Shown here piece after piece: positions 52,811 through 61,749 of a DNA stretch of 64,000 nt. Source of the DNA: Candidatus Latescibacterota bacterium (GTDB lineage Bacteria; Latescibacterota; UBA2968); the NCBI GenBank assembly GCA_965198115.1, contig OZ240241.1, positions 8,064,001 to 8,128,000 on the forward strand, in the 5' to 3' direction. Both the position numbers and the translations under genes were made by a program. Numbering within the stretch: position 1 is the first letter of the stretch; the number at the start of each line of letters is the position of its first letter. The notes under the pieces are model-generated. The model did not search any database and had not been told where the DNA came from. It saw nothing but the letters and a program-made list of their open reading frames with translations.

Positions 52811-53617
52811 GTGAAGATCGACTACACGGTATTCACCAAGCCTTGGCCGGATAAGTCGTTGGATGATCTTGGTAAGTTCGTGGCAGGGTTGGGTTTTCAG
52901 GGTGTTGAGTTGCCGGTGCGACCGGGGTTTCAGGTGGAGCCGGAAAACATTTCGTCGGGACTGGGGGAGGCTGCGAGGATCCTGGGTGACCACGGGGTCA
53001 AGATCGGGACGGTGGCAGGGCCGACGGATGAGAGGGCGATCGCAGCCTGCGGCGAAGCCGGTGTGCCGATCATTCGGATCTGCGTGAAGATCGATCCGAA
53101 GAAGGGCTACGTGGCCGAAGAGGATCGAATCAAGAAGGAGTACGAGGCTCTCGTGCCCGTGTTGGAGAAGCACGGTGTGGCGATCGGCATTCAGAATCAC
53201 GCCGATTACAACGTGAATCACGCGATGGGTATTCGCCACCTGATCGAGGGGTTCGACCCGAAGCATTTTTGTGCCGTGCTCGATCAAGCTCATTGTGGGC
53301 TGAATGGCGAACCCCCGGAGTACGCGATCGATATTGTCTGGTCGTACCTCAAGGTCGTGAATCTCAAGAGCTCGTTCTGGATCAGGTCGAACGGTCCGGA
53401 TGCGCCCGAGGCGGAATGGACAAAGCATTGGACGACGGGTCGCCACGGTATGGCCTACTGGACGCGGGTCGTGCGCGAACTGAAGACGCGAGACTACTCT
53501 GGAAACGTCTGCTTGACGGCCGAATACAGCGACCACGACAGAGTCGATGACCTGATTGCGGAAGACATCGTCTATGCGAAGCATCTGTTCGAGACGATCG
53601 GAGGGGACGGTGTCTGA
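52811..53617 (+). CDS. Sugar-phosphate isomerase/epimerase (xylose isomerase-like TIM barrel)
   Basis: GFQGVEL, IQNH, DQAH, NLK, TAEY. Confidence 0.8.
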   Translation: MKIDYTVFTKPWPDKSLDDLGKFVAGLGFQGVELPVRPGFQVEPENISSGLGEAARILGDHGVKIGTVAGPTDERAIAACGEAGVPIIRICVKIDPKKGYVAEEDRIKKEYEALVPVLEKHGVAIGIQNHADYNVNHAMGIRHLIEGFDPKHFCAVLDQAHCGLNGEPPEYAIDIVWSYLKVVNLKSSFWIRSNGPDAPEAEWTKHWTTGRHGMAYWTRVVRELKTRDYSGNVCLTAEYSDHDRVDDLIAEDIVYAKHLFETIGGDGV

Positions 53618-56008
53618 CCCTGTGAAGATCGCGATGGTGGGGGCGGGAGGCATGGCGAACAACGTACATTACCCGTCCCTTGCGTCGTTCGACGATGTGG
53701 TGTTTGCCGGTATTTGCGATCTGGACGAAGCGCGAATGAACACGACCGCGGACAAGTTCGGGATCGAACATCGGTTTACCGATTACCGTCTGATGGTTGA
53801 GGAGGTTGCGCCTGACGGCATCTACGTGATAGGCCAGCCTCATTATATGGCTATATCCGGATCTCTCAACGAGATGAAGTGGGTGAAGGTGCCGTGGTTC
53901 CTGGCATGGGGGCGCGGTTAGAGTGTGCGGAACCTCTTCGGAATCTGCTCAGGGATGTTTATGTCTCCGACGGTAAGGAAGATCATATCGTTGAATGCGT
54001 CGAGTGTGCGGAATCCGCTGGCTCGGTTCTTGACGATTTGGACGATTCGGTTGAGGCCTTCGGCGATGGCGTTGGTAAGACGCGTGTTCACGAATGCGAG
54101 GACGCCGAAGAAGTGCTGTCGCAGGGTCCTGACGAACTTTCGCAGGGGTTCACGTCGACTTCTGAGTGCGGACGTCGTCCAGCATTTCAGGAAGCGTTCG
54201 GCAGCCCAGGGCGCTTTGTATTCCCAGAACTGCTCGAACTCGTCCTTGAGTCTCCAGGCTCTATAGATTCGGTAGTTCGCCTTCTCCAGTGCTTTGAGTG
54301 TCCGAGTATCCCCTCTGGAGCGTGTCGCTGAGTGCCGGTAGAGGAGCCATCGGAGGCCCTTCATGGCTTTGCGCTCATCCGGGGCAGCTTTACGCCACTG
54401 GTCCTTACGGACCTCGTCAACGGCGGCATTGAGAGCCTTGACGATGTGAAAGCGATCGAGGACCAGCTTGGCATTCGGACAGTGTTCCTGGATGGCTCCG
54501 ATGTAAGCTTCGCTCATGTCGCAGCAGGCCCACTCGATCTTGGATCTCCGGTAGGGACTGAGAGCCTCTGTGAAGAACCGATCGATCGTTTTACGCGCCC
54601 TGCCGCGGCCAACCCACACCACGCAGGAGCGGTCCAGATCGTAAACGAGCGTGGCGTACCTGTGACGCTTGGCGTAGGAGATCTCGTCGATCCCGATGGT
54701 TTTGAGCCCTCGGATACGATGACCTTCACGAAGCCGCGTGATGGATCGGTGAAGGAGATCCGACAGCGTCGAGGCAGAGATGCGCAGTAACTCGGACGCC
54801 GCCTTCTGCGTCATGGTCTGGCAGTAGCGCAGCATGGCATACTCGAAGCGATACGTCACCCGAGAGAACCGCTCCGCCCACGGAATCTCCTGACCACACG
54901 ACCGTGGGTAGGACACCGAATCTCCCGAGGATGGTAGAGAAGCCAGACCCTCCACCCGCACACCGGAATGTCACGCCACCGACGCGGATGGGGCATTGTG
55001 CGGACGATTTTACCTCGACGGCCGCACTCCGGACAACAACAACCATTCTTATGTGGCTTTACGGCGATGACGAAACAGCTTCTCCCCTCAAACCACCAGC
55101 TGACAACACGGAACCCCTTGAATCTCAGCAGTTTCGATAGTAATCTGCTCCCGGTCATAGGTCGCACCCCCTTCGCTTTGATTGTCCTACACACACAACC
55201 AAGCGTAGGGAACGATCTATGACCTTGTCATTCTATAGTTTCACCGTTGAGAAACCCGGATAGAGCCCATTATATGTATGACATCTGGGTGTGGTGTCTC
55301 CAGCAAGGCCTGAATCTGTATGTCGAGAAGCCGTTGGGTCTGAACTGGCACCAGGCCCGGATGCTGACGGAACTCGCGGAAAAGCACGGTGTGATCACAC
55401 AGGTGAGTCACCAACGCCGGTCGAGTCCGTTGCTCAAGAAGATGAGAGCGGCGTGTTTCGAGCGGGGTCCCATCACACACTCGGTGTGCGAGTTCTATAA
55501 GTTTAACCTCCAGGCGCGGTACGATGCCCGTGACCATATGATGGACGATTCGACGCACGCCATCGATACGGTGCGCTGGATGTGTGGGGGTGAGGTTGAG
55601 GAGATCGAAAGTCGCTGCAAGCGGATCGGTGTTCCCGACATCAACTGGATCGGGGCAACGTTGCATTTCGACAACGGATCGACGGGCTATGTCCTCAACA
55701 ACTGGGCGAGTGGACGCCGGGTGTTTCGCGTTCAGATGCACGCGCCCGGTATCTATTGCGATGCGGAAGTGGGGAGAGGTGCGACGCTCTACGAGGATGG
55801 CGACTACGAAGGCGTCTGGTACGACGCCTACGATGTGGGTGGATCGCCTGAGGATTGGCAATCGCTGGGCTTTCGTGACAAGAATCGGGAGTTCATCGAT
55901 TCGGTCAGGACAGGGAAAGAGGTGACGACGTCTCCGTTCAGGGATTGTGTGAAGACGATGGAGGTGGCGGAGAAGATTTTGGGACAAGCGTTGGTGAGGG
56001 GGGACTGA
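53610..56008 (+). pseudogene. Gfo/Idh/MocA oxidoreductase interrupted by ISL3
   Basis: IAMVGAGGMA; removing the IS plus one TSD restores GQPHYMYDIWVWCLQQGLNLYVEKP. Confidence 0.88.
53849..55267 (-). mobile_element. ISL3-family element (transposase 53918-55158, frameshift near 54893)
   Basis: 23-bp IRs GGCT(A/C)TATCCGG(A/G)T(C/T)TCTCAACG; 8-bp TSD CATTATAT (53841-53848, 55268-55275); GIDE, CDM, DRFH, EGLN, CPECG zinc finger. Confidence 0.93.
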
Positions 56009-56145
56009 AGAAAGACCTTTGGAACCACAGATGGACACAGATGGGAGCCCAACCTATAGATAGCGGCCCTATTCGGGGAAGCGGTCTTGGTGGGAACCCG
56101 TCGTCCCTCGGTTTCGTCACATTGATGACAACTGGAGTCCTGTAG

Positions 56146-56175
56146 AGGGTGGCTCGACGATCGGGCCACCCTTTT
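56146..56175. terminator. Intrinsic terminator between convergent genes
   Basis: AGGGTGGCTCGA-CGA-TCGGGCCACCCT followed by TTT. Confidence 0.65.
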
Positions 56176-56178
56176 GCA

Positions 56179-58158
56179 TCAGGGGCTGACGAGTGAGGAA
56201 GGGAGGTTGACCTCCTTCAACGCTGTGGTCAGTTGGCGTTTTGTGTAGGGCTTCATGTCGGGGCGCCAGGGTTGGATGAGGGTGACGCGTTTACCGAGGG
56301 CGCGGACGCAGTCGGGGAGATCGAAACGTTTGAGCACGCCTCGGGGGACACAGGAGAAGGGCCAATAGACGAAAGGTACCTGGGTCCACTCGTGGTAGGA
56401 GATCGGTCCGTTCTTGAGCGTCACGCTTGCTGCTCGATCGTGCAACAGACCTGCAAAAAGGGCGAGGATCGCGCCCTGTCCACGGCCAATGAGATGGATC
56501 TTACGTGCGCCTTCGGCGGTGAGAAGGTCCATGGTCGACAGGACGTCGTGGGTGCGCCGGCCGACGAAGCTTTCGCCCAACAACGTTGCGTAGCCATCGT
56601 GCATGTAATCGATACCGTATGAGTGGAAGAAGTCGCGATCGTCGTCCGGCCGCGTCTCGCCCAGACCGCGTGGGTCGACGGCGTAGAGGGCACTGTTGCG
56701 CGCAAGACTCCCAGCGTCACGGTCGGTCGTGAACTCCTCTTCCGCCGCGATGTGAGGCACATACAGGCAGAGCTCGCGTTCGACGTCGAGGGTGTGCGTG
56801 TGCGGTGTGTGCATCCGTTTTCGGAGGATGGCGCGAATCCCGTTTTCAGTTTCGACCGCGTAGCGAGCGACACGGGTGCGGTTCTCGGTCCCGCCACGCA
56901 AGGCCCTATGATGCGGGACGCCCGATCGACGGGGGAGAACGAGGACAGCTCTGAGGGCGCGCTTCAGCTCGTTGCGTGTGAGCCGCTTTCTCTTCTCTTG
57001 AAGATCGTTGGCACGCGCGCCGCTGAGTTCGTAGATGGGCGTCGCGCCGGCAGCGATCACCTCGCCACGTGGCGTGACGTTCAGGGGTCGGCGCGGCAGT
57101 GGCTTTGGGGTGGCGCGGGATGGACTCAGTCCGTTGTGAGCGCAGAAAAAGCGGACCATCGCTTTCTGATTGTGGTCGGAGTAGCCGTGTCCCATCGGGC
57201 CGATGAAATAGTCGACATTACGTCGCGGCGCTCCGAGGACGCGATAGAATGCGCGGACATCGTCATACGCTTCTTTGACGCCTCGTCGGTCGAAGAAGTC
57301 GAAATGCTGCCCGAGGATCATGACGGGTTTCGGCGCCTGCGCGATCAGGAAGTCGGCCATTTCCAGTCCGTGCCCGATCACGCCGGGGGGATACTGTTCG
57401 GCGTCGGCGGGTAGTTCGTTTTCGAGGTTGTGCAAGAAGGTCGTGATGAAGCAGCTGGGTGCGGCGAAGGCAAACCGGTCTTCGGCGCCCCAGGTCCACG
57501 TCGTCACGGTTCCACCGCCGGAATTCCCCGTGATGCCGATTCGGTGGGGGTCGACTTCTGGACGTGTTTGGAGGTAATCGAGCGCGCGGATCGCGTCCCA
57601 GTTGCGCCACGCGCCGAACCAGTCGTCTATCAATTGCAGCTGCTTTCCCATCATGTTATGCGCGAGCGTGGACCGGCCAACGATTTCGCGATGCTTCATT
57701 CCATAGTACTGATCCCGTTCGCCCTGGTTGAAGGGATCGATGATGAGGGTGACGAAACCGGATCGGACGAGACGCTGGCAGAAGGCCTGGTAGATGGGTG
57801 TCTGCTTTCCGTCGTCGGAGTGGCCGCAGGATCCGACTACCGCGGGAGCGGGTTCGTCGATCGCGTTCGGCACATACAGGTTTGCAGTCACCAGACATCC
57901 GGGTCGTGATTCAAAAGCGATCTTTTCGATCCTGAAATCGCGCTGTTGGATGACGCCGACGGTCGTTGGTTTGAGCGCTGTTCTGGGTGGGGATGGTCCG
58001 ACCGCCTTACGGATCGGGTCACGGACATCGCGCTGGTAGGCGAGTGCTTGTCTTCTCGTTTTCAAGCCCTCGAGCCGCGCCCTCCGCGCGCGGCGGATCT
58101 CCCGAACCCGATCGATGTAATACTCCTGCACCATATGGCCGTTTCCTGTCCGTCCCAT
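56179..58158 (-). CDS. Two-domain alpha/beta hydrolase (acetylxylan esterase-like)
   Basis: FESRPG, CGHS, GITGNSGGG nucleophile, DFFD, HGY. Confidence 0.82.
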   Translation of the reverse strand: MGRTGNGHMVQEYYIDRVREIRRARRARLEGLKTRRQALAYQRDVRDPIRKAVGPSPPRTALKPTTVGVIQQRDFRIEKIAFESRPGCLVTANLYVPNAIDEPAPAVVGSCGHSDDGKQTPIYQAFCQRLVRSGFVTLIIDPFNQGERDQYYGMKHREIVGRSTLAHNMMGKQLQLIDDWFGAWRNWDAIRALDYLQTRPEVDPHRIGITGNSGGGTVTTWTWGAEDRFAFAAPSCFITTFLHNLENELPADAEQYPPGVIGHGLEMADFLIAQAPKPVMILGQHFDFFDRRGVKEAYDDVRAFYRVLGAPRRNVDYFIGPMGHGYSDHNQKAMVRFFCAHNGLSPSRATPKPLPRRPLNVTPRGEVIAAGATPIYELSGARANDLQEKRKRLTRNELKRALRAVLVLPRRSGVPHHRALRGGTENRTRVARYAVETENGIRAILRKRMHTPHTHTLDVERELCLYVPHIAAEEEFTTDRDAGSLARNSALYAVDPRGLGETRPDDDRDFFHSYGIDYMHDGYATLLGESFVGRRTHDVLSTMDLLTAEGARKIHLIGRGQGAILALFAGLLHDRAASVTLKNGPISYHEWTQVPFVYWPFSCVPRGVLKRFDLPDCVRALGKRVTLIQPWRPDMKPYTKRQLTTALKEVNLPSSLVSP

Positions 58159-58414
58159 TTCACACTCCTGATCGCGGAGTCAGACCTCGACGTTGAACTG
58201 AAACTAAGATTATGTTAAATAGCCGTTTGCGTCTGCGTAGGTGGCCTTCATCCCTCTTGCAGGGTGGGACGAGCTGCCCGCCAGGTTTCCGGGTTCAGAA
58301 TAAGGGATCATCGGTCGTCGTGCAACGACTCGCGGAGGCCGCTCGACCAGGGATTCTGGAATGCAAGTTTTTAAAAATCAACTGGTTGTGAGCATTTCCC
58401 CTCAGTCTTTGCGG

Positions 58415-58443
58415 TTGCCCCGATTTAGCGCAGCGCTTATATT
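58415..58443 (+). promoter_or_regulatory. Putative sigma70 promoter of the yggS-ileS cluster
   Basis: TTGCCC-17 bp-TATATT, 30 bp before the ATG at 58474. Confidence 0.5.
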
Positions 58444-58473
58444 ATTGAGTCTTGGCCCGATCCAGGCTCTACT

Positions 58474-59184
58474 ATGACCCTCGACCTCGAACAACGCGTC
58501 ACATCGATTCGCGACAATCTGCAACGGCTCGAAGAACGGGTTGCTGCAGCGGCGGAGCGATCCGGGCGATCGGGTGAGGACATTACGGTCGTCGCGGTGA
58601 GTAAAACCTGGCCGGTCGAGGTGGTTCAGGCGGCGGTGGAAGCCGGCGCATCCGTTCTTGGCGAGAATCGGGTTCAAGAAGGGCAGGCCAAGATTCCGGC
58701 GGTTGAAGGCGATGTGATCTGGCATCTCGTCGGACATCTGCAGCGGAACAAGGCGAAGGTCGCAGTCGAGTTGTTCGACGTGATCCAGTCGGTCGACAGT
58801 CTGCGGCTTGCCTACGCCCTATCGAGACACGTCGAAGATCGTGACGGGGACTTGCCCATTCTCGTGCAAGTCAACACGTCGGCCGAAGCGTCCAAATCCG
58901 GGTTGTCGCCGGAGGAAACGGCCGACGCCGTTTCGGAGATCGCAGCGATCGACGGTCTTCGGGTAGACGGGTTGATGACGATCGCGACGCTGAGTGACGA
59001 CGAGGGTGAGACGCGTCGCTGCTTCGGGTGTCTTCGCGATCTGAGAGATCGATTGGTGGGGGATGCGGTGTCGAGTGCGCTCCAGCTATCGATGGGAATG
59101 ACGGGCGATTTCGAGGCGGCGATCGAGGAGGGGGCGACCATCGTGAGGATCGGGACGGCGATTTTCGGGCAGCGGGCGGCGTAG
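58474..59184 (+). CDS. yggS: PLP homeostasis protein YggS
   Basis: VAVSK, GENRVQE, WHLVGHLQRNK, LSMGMTGDF, VRIGTAIFG. Confidence 0.95.
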   Translation: MTLDLEQRVTSIRDNLQRLEERVAAAAERSGRSGEDITVVAVSKTWPVEVVQAAVEAGASVLGENRVQEGQAKIPAVEGDVIWHLVGHLQRNKAKVAVELFDVIQSVDSLRLAYALSRHVEDRDGDLPILVQVNTSAEASKSGLSPEETADAVSEIAAIDGLRVDGLMTIATLSDDEGETRRCFGCLRDLRDRLVGDAVSSALQLSMGMTGDFEAAIEEGATIVRIGTAIFGQRAA

Positions 59185-59190
59185 CCAGTC

Positions 59191-59784
59191 GTGGAATCCG
59201 TCCTCGTTCCGGTCCTGCAGCAGGTCGCCACAGGCGTCAACGTGATCATCAAGATATTGGTGGTCACCGTCATCGTGCTGATGCTGCTGCGGTGGCTGTT
59301 GCTGAAGGTCAGCCCCTTCGGTTGGGCGACCTATCAGGTTCGTCGGGTGACGGATCCGATGGTCTGGCCGCTGGCGCAGTCGTTGCCCATGCCGAACGCC
59401 ATGAGCATCGCACCGCTGATCGTGGTGCTCGTGACGTTGCTCGGCGCTTACTTCCTGCAGCAGATGGTGCAGGAACTTCTGGAGTCGATGTTCATCCTGG
59501 TGCGTGGGATCGCATCGGGGCGGCCGCTCTGGATCCTCGGCGGGGTACTCTACGCAGGCGTTTCGATTCTGCTGTTGTTGATCATCGTGCGGATCGTGGC
59601 CTCGTGGATCCCGTTCATGCGTGACAATCGTGTCGTGTGGGCGATCTACAGTTTGACCGAGCCAATCATGGGCCCCTTTAGACAGATCATTCCCCCGCTC
59701 GGTATGTTCGATCTGTCACCCATTCTTTTGATATTTCTGATGTCATTCGTCAAGAGCGCCATTCGCAGCCTGCTGCTTCAATGA
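59191..59784 (+). CDS. yggT: YggT-family membrane protein (two YGGT repeats)
   Basis: VTDPM...SIAPL and LTEPIMGPFRQIIPPLGMFDLSP. Confidence 0.85.
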   Translation: MESVLVPVLQQVATGVNVIIKILVVTVIVLMLLRWLLLKVSPFGWATYQVRRVTDPMVWPLAQSLPMPNAMSIAPLIVVLVTLLGAYFLQQMVQELLESMFILVRGIASGRPLWILGGVLYAGVSILLLLIIVRIVASWIPFMRDNRVVWAIYSLTEPIMGPFRQIIPPLGMFDLSPILLIFLMSFVKSAIRSLLLQ

Positions 59785-59851
59785 AATCGACCCCCTTCAC
59801 ACCGATGCTCCGGATTCCCCTTCGGGTGCACGCACCGCGAGGACTTCCGTC

Positions 59852-60385
59852 GTGAAGATCACGCCGCTGGACATACGCAAACAGACTTTCAAAAAGCAGT
59901 TTCGTGGGATCGACGCCGAAGAGGTCCAGGCCTTTTTGGAAATGATCGCCGAGGAATTCGAGCGGCTGAGCAGCGAGAACATCCAGCTGACCGAACGGCA
60001 CCGAACGCTCCAGACGACCGTCGAACGATACCGGGAACTGGAGAAAACGCTTCAGAAAACGCTGAGGACTGCCCAGAAGGCTGCTGACGATGTCCACGAC
60101 AATTCGAAAAAAGAGGGTCGATTGATCGTCAAGGAGGCCGAGATTCGAGGCAACCGGGCGATTGAAAAGGCTCGACAGCAGGTCCAGAGCATTCGGAATG
60201 AGATCGTCGATCTGAAGAATCAGAGAGACCACTTCGTCTCCCGACTACAGGCTTTGATCAAATCCCAATCCGACTATCTGTCCGAACTTTCCTTTATAGA
60301 CGCACCCGTTGTGGATGAAGGGCTCGAGCCGGATGGCGACAACGGGCATCCGATCGTGTCGGTCCAGGAGGAGAAGGGGGACTGA
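59852..60385 (+). CDS. divIVA: DivIVA-domain protein
   Basis: ITPLDIRKQTFKKQFRGIDAEEVQAFL followed by a coiled coil. Confidence 0.9.
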   Translation: MKITPLDIRKQTFKKQFRGIDAEEVQAFLEMIAEEFERLSSENIQLTERHRTLQTTVERYRELEKTLQKTLRTAQKAADDVHDNSKKEGRLIVKEAEIRGNRAIEKARQQVQSIRNEIVDLKNQRDHFVSRLQALIKSQSDYLSELSFIDAPVVDEGLEPDGDNGHPIVSVQEEKGD

Positions 60386-60388
60386 TGC

Positions 60389-61270
60389 GTGGCTGAAGCC
60401 ACTCCCGTCATACTGGGTGTGATCGGCGGGTCCGGTGTTTATGAAATTCAGGGTGTCGATGTGATCGCGGAGCACGACATCGATACGCCGTTCGGGAATC
60501 CGTCCGACTCGATCGTCGAGGCGACGTCGGATGGGCGCACGGTCTATTTTCTTCCGCGTCACGGCCGCGGTCACGTTCATCTGCCGTCGGAAGTCCCCTC
60601 CCGCCCCAACATTTTTGCGCTGAAAACATTTGGTGTGACGCACGTGCTGGCGGTGAGCGCGGTCGGCATTATGAAGGAGCACATTCGACCGGGCGACATG
60701 ATCGTGCCGGACCAGCTGTTCGACCGCACCCGTGGCCAACGGCACTCGACCTTTTTCGGAAACGGCATCGCAGGTCACGTGTCGTTCGCCGATCCGTTTT
60801 GCGACGAGTTGCGAACGACGGCGGTCGAAGCGGCCCACGCGGTCGATGCGACGGTCCACGCGGGGGGCACCTACATCTGCATGGAGGGTCCCCAGTTTTC
60901 GACGCGTGCGGAGAGCCACTTTTACCGGCAAACGTTGGACCCCGTCGTGATCGGCATGACGGCGCTGCCCGAGGCCAAACTGGCACGTGAAGCGGAGATG
61001 TGCTACGCCATGCTCGCGATGGGAACGGACTACGACTGCTGGCACGATGACGAAGAGGATGTGACCGTCGAAGCGGTCATTGCGGTGCTGAAGCAGAACG
61101 CAGAAACGGCGAACGCGATCGTTCGGTCTCTCGTTGCGAAACTGCCGAACACCTCGTCGTGCGAATGCCTCGATTCTGCGCGGTATGCGATCATTACGTC
61201 GCCCGACGCTGTCACGGATGAGGCCCGAGACCGTCTTGCGCCGCTGTATGACAAATACTTCCAGGGATGA
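60389..61270 (+). CDS. mtnP: S-methyl-5'-thioadenosine phosphorylase
   Basis: GVIGGSG, PRHGRGH, MEGPQFSTRAES, GMTALPEAKLAREAE, TDYDCW. Confidence 0.92.
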   Translation: MAEATPVILGVIGGSGVYEIQGVDVIAEHDIDTPFGNPSDSIVEATSDGRTVYFLPRHGRGHVHLPSEVPSRPNIFALKTFGVTHVLAVSAVGIMKEHIRPGDMIVPDQLFDRTRGQRHSTFFGNGIAGHVSFADPFCDELRTTAVEAAHAVDATVHAGGTYICMEGPQFSTRAESHFYRQTLDPVVIGMTALPEAKLAREAEMCYAMLAMGTDYDCWHDDEEDVTVEAVIAVLKQNAETANAIVRSLVAKLPNTSSCECLDSARYAIITSPDAVTDEARDRLAPLYDKYFQG

Positions 61271-61749
61271 TAGACGACTCTTACTACGCACGCCCCGCAG
61301 GTGTGCCTTCCTCGATCGCGGCCAGCGGGGTCGTGGCTCGTGTCGAGGATGGTAGGATCCTTGTCGCCGCTGCCTACGAGCGCGACCACGACAGCCCCGT
61401 TCTTCCGAAAGGTCACGTCGAGCCGGGTGAGGACATCGAAGAGGCTGCTCGCAGGGAGATCGGCGAAGAGGTCGGTCTTTCGGATCTGATGTTGCTGGAG
61501 AAGCTGGACACACTCGAACGCCTCGATTTCGCGAAAACCGAATGGAAAATCACGCACTACTATCTCTATCTGACACGGCAGGTCGAAGCCACGCCGTCGG
61601 ACGTGGACGGGCACACGACGATGGCGTGGGTGCCGATCGACTCGCCACCCTCCTTTTTCTGGCCGGAGCAGCAACGTTTGGTCGCGGACAACGCCGAGCG
61701 AATTGCACGGCTCGTGGAGCACGCTACGCGTGAAACAACCGGTGTCTGA
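61267..61749 (+). CDS. NUDIX hydrolase
   Basis: LPKGHVEPGEDIEEAARREIGEEVG Nudix box. Confidence 0.9.
   Translation: MIDDSYYARPAGVPSSIAASGVVARVEDGRILVAAAYERDHDSPVLPKGHVEPGEDIEEAARREIGEEVGLSDLMLLEKLDTLERLDFAKTEWKITHYYLYLTRQVEATPSDVDGHTTMAWVPIDSPPSFFWPEQQRLVADNAERIARLVEHATRETTGV

Noticed and set aside
58160-58345. 6S RNA, SRP RNA, tRNA or a known riboswitch
   Set aside because: Only a GGGTTCA resemblance to 6S; diagnostic motifs not found, so kept as an unassigned candidate.
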